From Bacteroidales bacterium (GTDB lineage Bacteria > Bacteroidota > Bacteroidia > Bacteroidales > UBA10428), in contig JAFGRC010000018.1 in the NCBI GenBank assembly GCA_016935355.1, forward strand, positions 284-64,283: a stretch of 64,000 nucleotides of DNA. The letters are read 5' to 3'. Both the position numbers and the translations under genes were made by a program. Positions 39,596 to 47,615 of the stretch are shown here, one piece after another. Position 1 is the first letter of the stretch. Each line of letters starts with the position of its first letter. The notes under the pieces were generated by a model. It worked only from the letters and a program-made list of their open reading frames with translations, ran no database searches and was not told where the DNA came from.

Positions 39596-39787
39596 TTACA
39601 GGTAATTGATATAAATGTTTACAATCTCTGATATGTCATGATAACAATGAATGCATTCCCCCCTTACATCTTCAAGCCAGAGTTTAAAATCTTCAGGTCG
39701 CCGAAGTACTCCCCTGTCAATTAAATCATTCATTTCAGCAACAAACTCCGACAGCTCAATTTCCTTATGCAACGGTTCATACCCCAT
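39596..39787 (-). CDS. Small hypothetical ORF (63 aa)
   Basis: This is the only ORF without an obvious overlap in a gene-poor stretch. I recognise no family and see no clear promoter or RBS. It may not be expressed. Confidence 0.25.
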   Translation of the reverse strand: MGYEPLHKEIELSEFVAEMNDLIDRGVLRRPEDFKLWLEDVRGECIHCYHDISEIVNIYINYL

Positions 39788-40138
39788 CCCCTACAGTATT
39801 AAATTCCGCATAAAAAGCCAGTCTTTAATAACGGATACGCAGCACAGACCCTGATGTTGGTTTTGTTTGATCAATTGGAATATTCCGGTGATGAGCTGCT
39901 GCGAACGGAGGTTGGTATTGGTGCAAAGATCTCTGATTTGAGGATGCGTGTGTATTGTGCAACCGAAGCATTAATTTTATAAAGAAAAAAGGAAGCAGGG
40001 TTGATTGAGGATCATTCCCCGGCCCGTCAGGGATTTTTTCTTTCAGCTTGTCGCGAAACACCGGCACCGGATGTAAATTTCAAACCCGTTCCGCAGTCAT
40101 GAAAAAATTCTTGCCAGGGCTATGCAGAACAATATTCA

Positions 40139-41680
40139 TTATTTTATTGTTACCTGATAGTTGGCCTCTCGCTGAGCAGCAGTCTCAAACCAAACAGGTA
40201 TCACCTCCTCCAGGAACTTTTGTTTTTCCCGGTTCATCTGCTGCATGTCCAGCCTGATGTATTGCTGTGCTTTTTCTTTTGTATCGATATCAGGATATGG
40301 AACAGGTTCATTGTGTTCATGGCGGGCCATTAGCCGGACAAGTTCGATACGGGCTTCCTGAACAATTGTTATGGCAGATGAAATTACACGGCCGGTTTCC
40401 ACCGGTGAATGGAATGATGCTCCGTGGCCTGCGGCTGCATAATCCCAGCGCCATTGTGCGTGCCTTATGCCGGTCAATATATCCGACATTTGCTCCTCTG
40501 TCGCTCCCAGGTCCCACGCCTGTTTTGCTTCCACATGAGCACGCACCAGGAGTTCTTCCAGCTTATCCCTGTTTTCAATGATCTTATCCTGCCTCGAATA
40601 TACATCCCGGACAAGCTGACCGGATTCTTCACGGTGACAAACCTGGCAGGAGCTCGAAACATTGTTCAGGGGACTTTGCACATGATGGTCCGTGAATTTC
40701 TGTCCTCCCTCGCTGATATAAGGCATGTGACAATCGGCACAGGATACTCCCCTGGTGGCATGTGTTCCCGTAAGGTAAATCTCATATCCCGGATGCTGTG
40801 CTTTCAGCATGGGCGCCTTGCTGATCGCATGCGTCCAGTCTGAAAACCCGATCGCATCGTAATATGCTTCCATTTCTTCTGCCGTGAAGCCGCTGTCCCA
40901 CGGATGAACCAAATAATCAACACCTTCAATAACGTTCTTGTTAAAGTAATATTCCACATGACACTGGGCACAGACCAGTGAGCGCATTTCCTGGTGCGAT
41001 GAACGGTTCACATCAATTCCGATCCTGCTGAACGCTTCAATCAGTGCAGGTCGCGAAATACGAAGGTTCATGGTTTTCGCATCATGACAATCGGCGCAAC
41101 CTATGGCATTGACAATTTCACTCCCCTTCTCTTCCCATGTTCCGCTGTAAAAAGCCGCCACGCCAGCCGTGAAATCTCCCGTTTCCCTGATGTATTGATC
41201 CATCAGGCGGGGTACATCCGGACTTTTGCAGGTCCAGCATGTATTGGGCATGGGACTGACCGTTCCCTGGACGGGTGCTCCTGTCCTTAAAGTGTTCCAC
41301 AGGTCTTCCACAGCATAAAAATGGCCTCTTGCCTGGTTGTAGTCTTTCGAGAAACTGTATCCTGCCCACAAAACTGCCATACGGGGATCTGTTTCGAGCA
41401 TATCGATCATGGCAGAACCATTGTATTTACTTCTGAATGAAGTATCTGAAGTTTCCAGAAAGGACTGGTACTCACGCGGAAAATTGGTTCCCCAGATTTC
41501 GTTTCTGGGCTCAAAATTAGAATGTTCAGTTTGAGGAGTATAAGCGAAAACAGCTTCAGCTCTTCGTTCTATTATTGATGATGCCAGCAGTCCGAGCAAA
41601 AATACAACAACAATCGTAGCGCCAAACAGCAGCCAGCCCAGCCATGACTTTTGTTTTATCAATTCATTAATAGGCATCAT
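40139..41680 (-). CDS. nrfA: Ammonia-forming cytochrome c nitrite reductase, pentaheme catalytic subunit
   Basis: Active-site heme motif CxxCK (CWTCKS) plus four CxxCH motifs (CADCH, CAQCH, CADCH, CQVCH). An N-terminal membrane anchor is present. The start is chosen at MMPINEL (41680), 11 nt after the nrfH stop. Confidence 0.93.
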   Translation of the reverse strand: MMPINELIKQKSWLGWLLFGATIVVVFLLGLLASSIIERRAEAVFAYTPQTEHSNFEPRNEIWGTNFPREYQSFLETSDTSFRSKYNGSAMIDMLETDPRMAVLWAGYSFSKDYNQARGHFYAVEDLWNTLRTGAPVQGTVSPMPNTCWTCKSPDVPRLMDQYIRETGDFTAGVAAFYSGTWEEKGSEIVNAIGCADCHDAKTMNLRISRPALIEAFSRIGIDVNRSSHQEMRSLVCAQCHVEYYFNKNVIEGVDYLVHPWDSGFTAEEMEAYYDAIGFSDWTHAISKAPMLKAQHPGYEIYLTGTHATRGVSCADCHMPYISEGGQKFTDHHVQSPLNNVSSSCQVCHREESGQLVRDVYSRQDKIIENRDKLEELLVRAHVEAKQAWDLGATEEQMSDILTGIRHAQWRWDYAAAGHGASFHSPVETGRVISSAITIVQEARIELVRLMARHEHNEPVPYPDIDTKEKAQQYIRLDMQQMNREKQKFLEEVIPVWFETAAQREANYQVTIK

Positions 41681-41691
41681 CTTGATTTTTT

Positions 41692-42303
41692 TTAATCCTT
41701 TGTAATCAAAACCTTCAGCCATGCAGGGACAGGACTTTGCGGAACCGGGACACGTGCATTGGGAACACTGGCAAGACTGTTAACCGTACCGTGCGGTGTC
41801 TCCCTGTGACATTCCCAGCATTTTCTGTCGGTCTTTGCCAGGTTTTCATTTCCAGTCATGGCCAACAACCTGTCATCCTTTAACAATTCACCGTGACAAT
41901 AGATGCAGTTACGGTGCACCACCTTCTGTCCGGCTTCTTTAATAAATATTACCTGCGGTTCCTTCCGTAATGTAAAAATGGTGGCATGTCTCAGTCCATC
42001 CTTCGCCTTGAAATAATATTTACTGAAAACATTATCCTGAGGTACATGGCACTCATTGCAACTGGTCCATTCACGATGTGAACTGTGAAACCAGGTCGCA
42101 TACTGGGGGGCCATAATATGGCAGTTTACGCAAGTTTCCGGTTTGTCGCCGAGATACGAAGGTGCCTTTGATATATAAAATACATAAAGAATCAATCCTG
42201 CAAGGATGCCTGAAATGATAATAACCGGTATTTTCCATTTTTCCGGTGGACTCAGGAAACGGATAAGTCTTTTGAATGGTGAGATGATGACTGGATCTGC
42301 CAT
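41692..42303 (-). CDS. nrfH: Tetraheme NapC/NirT-family quinol dehydrogenase NrfH
   Basis: N-terminal TM helix and four CxxCH motifs (CVNCH, CNECH, CIYCH, CWECH). It lies immediately upstream of nrfA. Confidence 0.9.
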   Translation of the reverse strand: MADPVIISPFKRLIRFLSPPEKWKIPVIIISGILAGLILYVFYISKAPSYLGDKPETCVNCHIMAPQYATWFHSSHREWTSCNECHVPQDNVFSKYYFKAKDGLRHATIFTLRKEPQVIFIKEAGQKVVHRNCIYCHGELLKDDRLLAMTGNENLAKTDRKCWECHRETPHGTVNSLASVPNARVPVPQSPVPAWLKVLITKD

Positions 42304-42417
42304 GAGGGTCCGGTTTATCGCATAAAAATTACAAAAACTCCGGAAAAGAACAAAATATTTACATATTTATTCGCTGAATCACCTGCCTGCTGATCCGGTG
42401 GCAGGCAGAACAGGAAT

Positions 42418-42455
42418 GAAAAAACCCTTCAGGGATTACCGTCCGGCTGAAGGGT
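42418..42455 (-). terminator. Rho-independent terminator after the peroxiredoxin gene
   Basis: A 9-bp stem (acccttcag at 42424-42432 pairing with ctgaagggt at 42447-42455). On the minus strand it is followed by a T-run, seen as forward aaaaaa at 42419-42424. A second 8-bp hairpin (ctgcctgc/gcaggcag, 42383-42408) lies just downstream. Confidence 0.65.
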
Positions 42456-42502
42456 CTCATGATCTGTTAAATGTCTTGAAAGTTCACTGAAATTTTCTCA
42501 GG

Positions 42503-43213
42503 TTAAGATTTCTTCAGAATGGCATCCATAACCTGATCTTTGCCAAGTTTCCTGGTGCAGAAGAACCAGTCATAACAAGTCAGATCGTTTTTACTTTCCA
42601 TGCGTTCCTTTGCAACACCACAGGATCCTGCAGTAGGAACGATCACATCGTCACCCGGACGCCAGTCGGCCGGCATGGCAACCGAAAATTTATCGGCTGC
42701 CTGCAGGGCAATCAATACCCTGTACAGTTCATCAAAATTCCTGCCCAGACTGAGCGGATAATAAAGAATGGTACGAATAACGCCTTTCGGATCAACATAA
42801 AATACCGCTCGCACAGCTTTGGTACTGCTTTCACCGGGTTGAATCATTCCGTATTTTTTGGCAACTTCCATTGTGATGTCTTCAATCAATGGAAATTTCA
42901 CCTCAACATCCTTCATTCCTTTATATTCGATCTTGTCCTTAATTGTTCGCAACCAGGCAATATGGCTGTAAAGTCCGTCGACCGAAAGACCAACCAGCTT
43001 GCAGTTGGCCTCGGCAAATTTGTCTTCCATGGTAGCGAATGTCATGAATTCCGAGGTGCAAACGGGCGTGAAATCAGCCGGATGACTGAATAGTATTACC
43101 CAGGAGCCTTTATAATCATCAGGGAAATTAATATCACCCTGAGTCGTGACAGCTTTGAATTCAGGTGCCGCCTCACCGATGCGTGGCATTGAAACTACTT
43201 GTTTTTCTTCCAT
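42503..43213 (-). CDS. Peroxiredoxin (Prx6-like / 1-Cys-type AhpC-TSA family)
   Basis: Peroxidatic Cys motif FTPVCTSEF, and the HIAW and RNFDE motifs typical of Prx6-type enzymes. Confidence 0.92.
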   Translation of the reverse strand: MEEKQVVSMPRIGEAAPEFKAVTTQGDINFPDDYKGSWVILFSHPADFTPVCTSEFMTFATMEDKFAEANCKLVGLSVDGLYSHIAWLRTIKDKIEYKGMKDVEVKFPLIEDITMEVAKKYGMIQPGESSTKAVRAVFYVDPKGVIRTILYYPLSLGRNFDELYRVLIALQAADKFSVAMPADWRPGDDVIVPTAGSCGVAKERMESKNDLTCYDWFFCTRKLGKDQVMDAILKKS

Positions 43214-43239
43214 ATGAGTTTATTTTAAAAGGTTAATAA

Positions 43240-43662
43240 TCATTCTTTGTCCAGGAATTTGCCCATGATCTGAAGCTTTATCTCTTCTATTCTGAAATCT
43301 GGTATGTCTTTCTTTTCAAAATAATCTCTGAGCAACTGATCGAGTTCTTCATCAAAATAATTTTCTATTCTTTCAGATTGGGCACTATACAGGTGGTGGT
43401 GGTTGTACAGTATCGCATCGTACCGCATAATATCCTTATCAGTTTTTACTTTCATGATCAATTTATTGTCAACCAGTTTTTCAAGTATTTTATATACGGT
43501 TCCTGTTGCAATATCCGGATGGTCCTTCCTGATATATTCTGCAATTCTTTCTGCAGTCGGATGGTCTTTGAGAATTGTAACAGCTTCGAGGACGGCTATC
43601 CGCTGTGGTGTGACTTTCAGTCCCCTGCCCTTTAGTTTGTTTCTGATCTCTGTAATATTCAC
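43240..43662 (-). CDS. Fur-family metalloregulator (PerR/Fur-like), GTG start
   Basis: LKVTPQRIAVLE winged-helix region and an HHH motif (LYNHHHLY). It starts at a GTG (forward cac, 43660-43662). The protein contains no cysteine. Confidence 0.85.
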   Translation of the reverse strand: MNITEIRNKLKGRGLKVTPQRIAVLEAVTILKDHPTAERIAEYIRKDHPDIATGTVYKILEKLVDNKLIMKVKTDKDIMRYDAILYNHHHLYSAQSERIENYFDEELDQLLRDYFEKKDIPDFRIEEIKLQIMGKFLDKE

Positions 43663-43678
43663 AAAGAATTATTATTAA

Positions 43679-43695
43679 ATAAGAAATATTCTTAT
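43679..43695. promoter_or_regulatory. Inverted repeat ATAAGAA-ata-TTCTTAT, candidate operator of the Fur-family gene
   Basis: Perfect 7-bp arms separated by 3 nt. It is located between the candidate -7 box (43707-43714) and the GTG start (43662). Confidence 0.35.
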
Positions 43696-43706
43696 CAAAG
43701 ACTGAA

Positions 43707-43714
43707 CAAATTTA
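43707..43714 (-). promoter_or_regulatory. Candidate -7 promoter element TAAATTTG for the fur-prx unit
   Basis: Forward caaattta is the reverse complement of TAAATTTG. It lies 45 nt upstream of the GTG start. Confidence 0.35.
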
Positions 43715-43749
43715 AGATTTATTGGAAATAAATCAAATATTTTAAGCTT

Positions 43750-43950
43750 TTAGTTGACCAGCGGAGTCTTCACAAAATTGTGCGATTCATCTTCTATCCA
43801 GGTAGCCGTACTGTTACTCGGGGCATAATTTTCCCCCGGTAATCCGGTCCTGTCCGTTTTTACACTGACATCAAGCCTGCCCGGTATCTGGGACAAAACC
43901 ACACTGTACAGCATGGCGGACATTATCGCCATCAGAATGTTTCTCTTCAT
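43750..43950 (-). CDS. Small putative secreted protein (66 aa)
   Basis: ORF with a signal-peptide-like N-terminus (MKRNILMAIMSAMLYSVVLSQ). I recognise no family. Confidence 0.3.
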   Translation of the reverse strand: MKRNILMAIMSAMLYSVVLSQIPGRLDVSVKTDRTGLPGENYAPSNSTATWIEDESHNFVKTPLVN

Positions 43951-44263
43951 TTAGTGTTCTTTTTAAATTGACAATTTAGCATCTGAATGAGCAATGTATA
44001 TTACCTCTTTTGATTGACGAGCAGCATTCATTTCCAGACATCAAATCTAAAATTCAAAAGCTGCAACCCGTTAAAATTGGGAGTTAAAATAATGCTTTAT
44101 CACTTCTCCAGCAATACATTACAGCGGTTTTAGCGTTAAAAAAGTTAAAATTAATGCGCCAATTAACCTGCAAAGTGATTTATTGTTTTCAGATTATGTT
44201 GAAAAGAAGTACTTTTAATGGTGTTATCCCGGGTTTTATGGTTACCATTGCTTAAACAAGTTC

Positions 44264-44638
44264 ATGAAAATCATCGGCAACATCATCTGGCTCGCCTTCG
44301 GGGGGATCATCATATCCATTGAATATGCCGTTTCCAGTCTCGCATTGATGGTTACCATCATCGGAATACCTTTTGGCCTGCAGACTCTGAAACTTGCAAT
44401 ACTGGCACTATGGCCTTTCGGTAGTGATGTCAGGCAAAGGGATGAAGCGACAGGCTGCCTTTATATCGTTATGAACGTGCTTTGGATTCTTCTGGGCGGC
44501 ATCTGGATCTTCCTGACCCATATGATCTTCGGCATTTTATTGGGCATAACCATCATTGGCATACCCTTTGCGATGCAACATTTTAAGCTGGCAGGTCTTG
44601 CTTTCACACCCTTTGGGAAAGATATTGTAAAAACATAA
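44264..44638 (+). CDS. YccF-family inner membrane protein
   Basis: 124 aa with a duplicated motif (GNIIWLAFGG...IIGIPFGLQTLKLA and NVLWILLGG...IIGIPFAMQHFKLA) characteristic of YccF. Confidence 0.85.
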   Translation: MKIIGNIIWLAFGGIIISIEYAVSSLALMVTIIGIPFGLQTLKLAILALWPFGSDVRQRDEATGCLYIVMNVLWILLGGIWIFLTHMIFGILLGITIIGIPFAMQHFKLAGLAFTPFGKDIVKT

Positions 44639-44683
44639 CCTGATTTTAAATAAAGATATCCTAACCACTAAAATAATCTGTTA

Positions 44684-45307
44684 ATGATGAAAAAACTGTT
44701 TTATATGTCCCTGTGGCTGTTCGCGCTTAATGCTGCGGTCATCGGACAGGACACCCTGTTGCTGTTCAACGGGGTTTCCCTTGAAGGCTGGGAGGAAACC
44801 TATTTTGACGGACAGGGCAAAGTGTCGGTTAAAGATGGCATGATCTCTCTTGGAGCAGGTAACGACCTGACCGGTATAACTTGGATCCGGGATTATCCGG
44901 TAAGCAACTATGAGATACATCTTGAAGCTATGCGGATAGAGGGTAATGATTTCTTTTGCGGACTGACATTTCCGGTGAAGGGATCTTTCTGTACGCTTGT
45001 TCTGGGCGGATGGGGAGGTTCTGTTCTCGGACTTTCCAGCATTGATGGTTATGACGCCTATAACAATTTTACGGGTGATTCAAGAACTTTCAGGAACGGC
45101 CGTTGGTACAAGATAAAACTCAGGGTAACGGATGATAAAATTGAGGCCTGGCTGGATGAATCTGACCGTATTGTTGATTTCACGATCGGTAATTACAGGT
45201 TATCCCTCAGATGGGAGGTTGAGCCTTCAATACCTCTGGGAATCGCAACATACAAGACAACCGGAGCCATACGCAACATACAGATGGTATTGCTTACGGA
45301 AGAGTAA
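44684..45307 (+). CDS. DUF1080-type (3-keto-disaccharide hydrolase-like) secreted protein
   Basis: Signal peptide. LFNGVSLEGW near the N-terminus and a concanavalin-like beta-sandwich pattern. The family call is from memory. Confidence 0.75.
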   Translation: MMKKLFYMSLWLFALNAAVIGQDTLLLFNGVSLEGWEETYFDGQGKVSVKDGMISLGAGNDLTGITWIRDYPVSNYEIHLEAMRIEGNDFFCGLTFPVKGSFCTLVLGGWGGSVLGLSSIDGYDAYNNFTGDSRTFRNGRWYKIKLRVTDDKIEAWLDESDRIVDFTIGNYRLSLRWEVEPSIPLGIATYKTTGAIRNIQMVLLTEE

Positions 45308-45309
45308 GA

Positions 45310-45772
45310 ATATCAAAGCACCGCACACCAACTTAAAATCCTGAAGCACAGGACTGCCGCTGCGGTTGAAATAATATGCTTTGATGCATGCATCAGCAAT
45401 TGCCATGAACGGATTTTCTGTGATGGTGAAATATGTGACCGCATCGGTTCCGGGTATTGTGAAATGATAGTCTCCGTGAAGATCAAGCGGTGAAAAATCC
45501 CCAAACTGAACCCATTCATCGGAAAATGACCAGTATCCGGTTTCATCCAGCTTGCCCCTGAACATCACGGTATTTTCGTCATTGAGTAGCAGAAAAGAAT
45601 CTGCTTCAGTTCTTACAACTGCCGTTTTATTGAAACCAGCCGCAAACCCGTTTTGCGGCACCAGCAAGGGTTCCCTGTCGTTCTCCGAATCACCGGTAAA
45701 AGAAGAAATTTGCGGTATGGAGATCAACCATATGATGAAGACCGGTGCATTTATGGCTGAGCTAATCCACAC
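45310..45772 (-). pseudogene. Probable 5' fragment of a GH9-type glycoside hydrolase (N-terminal Ig-like domain only)
   Basis: ORF 45227-45772 encodes ...VPQNGFAAGFNKTAVV...FGDFSPLDLHGDYHFTIPG...YFTI...ACIKAYYFNRSG. This matches the pattern of the CelD_N Ig-like domain that precedes GH9 catalytic domains. No catalytic domain follows. The ORF runs antisense into the DUF1080 gene 3' end and overlaps the SMP-30 gene stop. Confidence 0.4.
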
Positions 45773-46661
45773 CTTTCACTTTCATCCGAAGCGTATAGAC
45801 CGATGTTCTTGCGGTGATGAACAATGTACTGCGTTCCTTTCCCCCGAAACATACATTGGCTGGAAATTCCGGAACAGAAATATCACCAATTTTTTCACCG
45901 GTTTTATTGTATACAGCAACCGTCCGTGCCGTTAAATAAACATTGCCCTCATGGTCAATGGTCATGCCGTCGGATCCGCTCGGAGCGAATGATGTTTTGT
46001 TGGTTAAGGTACCGTCCGGGTTGATGTCATATTTCCAGATAGTTCTGCTTCCCTGATCCGCAACATAGAGTGTTTTGCCGTCAGGCGTGCCGATAATCCC
46101 GTTTGGCTGCTTATAATCGTCAATCACACGGACCAGCCCGCCGGAGGGTGCTAGATAATATACACCACGTGTATCCTGAAGCTCCTCATGTCCTTCTTCC
46201 CAGTAATCCCGCCTGAAAAAAGGATCCGTAAAATATATACCTCCTTTGTTGTCCGGCCAAAGGTCGTTTGGCCCGTTCAGGTGTTTGCCGTCGTACCCTT
46301 CGCTGTATACATCGATCATCTTACCCCCGGGAGTGAACTTCACAAGTTTGTTGAACTGATCGGCACACGCCAGCAGATTGCCCTCACGGTCAAAATAGGT
46401 TCCGTTAGAGCGTTCACATGCTTCAACAAAAATACTTGTTCCGGAATCTTCATCCCAGATGAAAATCTTATCATTCGGCTGATCAGTAAAATATACACGG
46501 CCGTCAGGTGCGCATGCCGGTCCCTCGGTAAAGGCAAAACCCGAATCGGCCTTAATAACAGTTGCTCCGTCCGCAACAATGGATGAAGGCAGTGTATCAT
46601 CCTGGGCAAAGACAATAATGCAAAAATAAAGCAGTATAAGCGTTAAGATCTGGTGCTTCAT
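45762..46661 (-). CDS. SMP-30/gluconolactonase/LRE-family beta-propeller protein (secreted)
   Basis: Signal peptide. The FTEGPA, NGPNDL and PNGI motifs are typical of the SGL family. Confidence 0.88.
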   Translation of the reverse strand: MKHQILTLILLYFCIIVFAQDDTLPSSIVADGATVIKADSGFAFTEGPACAPDGRVYFTDQPNDKIFIWDEDSGTSIFVEACERSNGTYFDREGNLLACADQFNKLVKFTPGGKMIDVYSEGYDGKHLNGPNDLWPDNKGGIYFTDPFFRRDYWEEGHEELQDTRGVYYLAPSGGLVRVIDDYKQPNGIIGTPDGKTLYVADQGSRTIWKYDINPDGTLTNKTSFAPSGSDGMTIDHEGNVYLTARTVAVYNKTGEKIGDISVPEFPANVCFGGKERSTLFITARTSVYTLRMKVKGVD

Positions 46662-46690
46662 GTCAATTTATTTATTTATCAGTTAAGGTT

Positions 46691-46764
46691 ATATGAATTT
46701 GTCAGGCTAAATTTATAAGCTTATTCATTAATGTCATATGAATTTGCTCAGCTAAAGTTATGAG
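46691..46764. repeat. Two imperfect ~29-bp direct repeats, 45 bp apart
   Basis: Copy 1 is atatgaatttgtcaggctaaatttataag (46691-46719). Copy 2 is atatgaatttgctcagctaaagttatgag (46736-46764). Both lie in the intergenic region upstream of the SMP-30 gene. Confidence 0.5.
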
Positions 46765-46802
46765 AATTTATTCTTATTTCAAAAGATGCTGCATCATAAT
46801 AA

Positions 46803-46834
46803 GACAAGCCGGCTCTAAAGGACACCGGCTTGTC
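46803..46834 (-). terminator. Hairpin terminator at the 3' end of the ABC/RND operon
   Basis: A 10-bp stem (gacaagccgg at 46803-46812 pairing with ccggcttgtc at 46825-46834). On the minus strand it is followed by a T-rich tract (cttattat). Confidence 0.5.
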
Positions 46835-46864
46835 AGCAAATAAAAAATCAAAACAGACAAACGA

Positions 46865-47587
46865 TCAAATGAATTTTTCGCGTTTCTGCAGGTTAAAAAG
46901 TCCGTAAACCAGACTTACCACAATACCGATCGACAGAAAGATCCGGTTATCACTTACCGTTCCGGCCCATATAAGCTCGTTGGTATTCGAAGGCATAGCA
47001 AAGGGATTCAAAAAGATATTCCACTTTGATTCGGCAAGCTGATCAGTCAATATGAAGATGAACAGGCCGATCAGGACCATAACCACGGCTGTTCCGTTTC
47101 CGTTCTTGATGATTGTGGAAAACATAAAAGAAAGACTTCCGATAAAGAGAATCGGATACATAATCTGATAGGTCATTTCCAGCTTGTTAATGGGTATGAG
47201 CAAAACCGATAACAGCCAGGAATAAATCAGAAGCAGCACGAATACCACGACAAAAACCATGATCAACCGGGCAAACCATACCTTGTAGCGGTAATCGGGA
47301 ATCCCGAACAGGATCTCAATGACACCTGCATCATCATCACTCTGGATCCCGAATACCGTTGGATAAAATATCAGCAATATTCCCGGTAACAAGAGAATGT
47401 TGTATATATTATCTTCCGTAATGATTTCACTTTCCAGCACGTTTTGAACGGAAAAAAAGATCATCAGCACAAGGGAAGCCAGTAAAAACCAGATGAATTT
47501 ATTGGCAAAAATGATGCCGACATTGTAACGTGCCAGTTTCGCAGCCAAAATTGCGTTATTTTTTAATTTTGATTTTGTACTCATCAT
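46865..47587 (-). CDS. ABC-2-type transporter permease (about six hydrophobic segments)
   Basis: 240 aa polytopic membrane protein. Its N-terminal region (LARYNVGIIFANKFIWFLLASLVLMIF) parallels the N-terminus of the 1152-aa permease (IARYERKTLFRSWFFRIFSSLSMLVLF). It starts 28 nt after the fused NBD gene. Confidence 0.7.
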   Translation of the reverse strand: MMSTKSKLKNNAILAAKLARYNVGIIFANKFIWFLLASLVLMIFFSVQNVLESEIITEDNIYNILLLPGILLIFYPTVFGIQSDDDAGVIEILFGIPDYRYKVWFARLIMVFVVVFVLLLIYSWLLSVLLIPINKLEMTYQIMYPILFIGSLSFMFSTIIKNGNGTAVVMVLIGLFIFILTDQLAESKWNIFLNPFAMPSNTNELIWAGTVSDNRIFLSIGIVVSLVYGLFNLQKREKFI

Positions 47588-47615
47588 TCAAAGTAAAAAT
47601 TGTATTCGATCATCA

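Noticed and set aside
39825-40067. 80-aa minus-strand ORF downstream of nrfA.
   Set aside because: The sequence is proline/histidine/glutamine-biased low complexity with no family resemblance and no start context. I treat it as non-coding and discuss it only as part of the gene-poor region.
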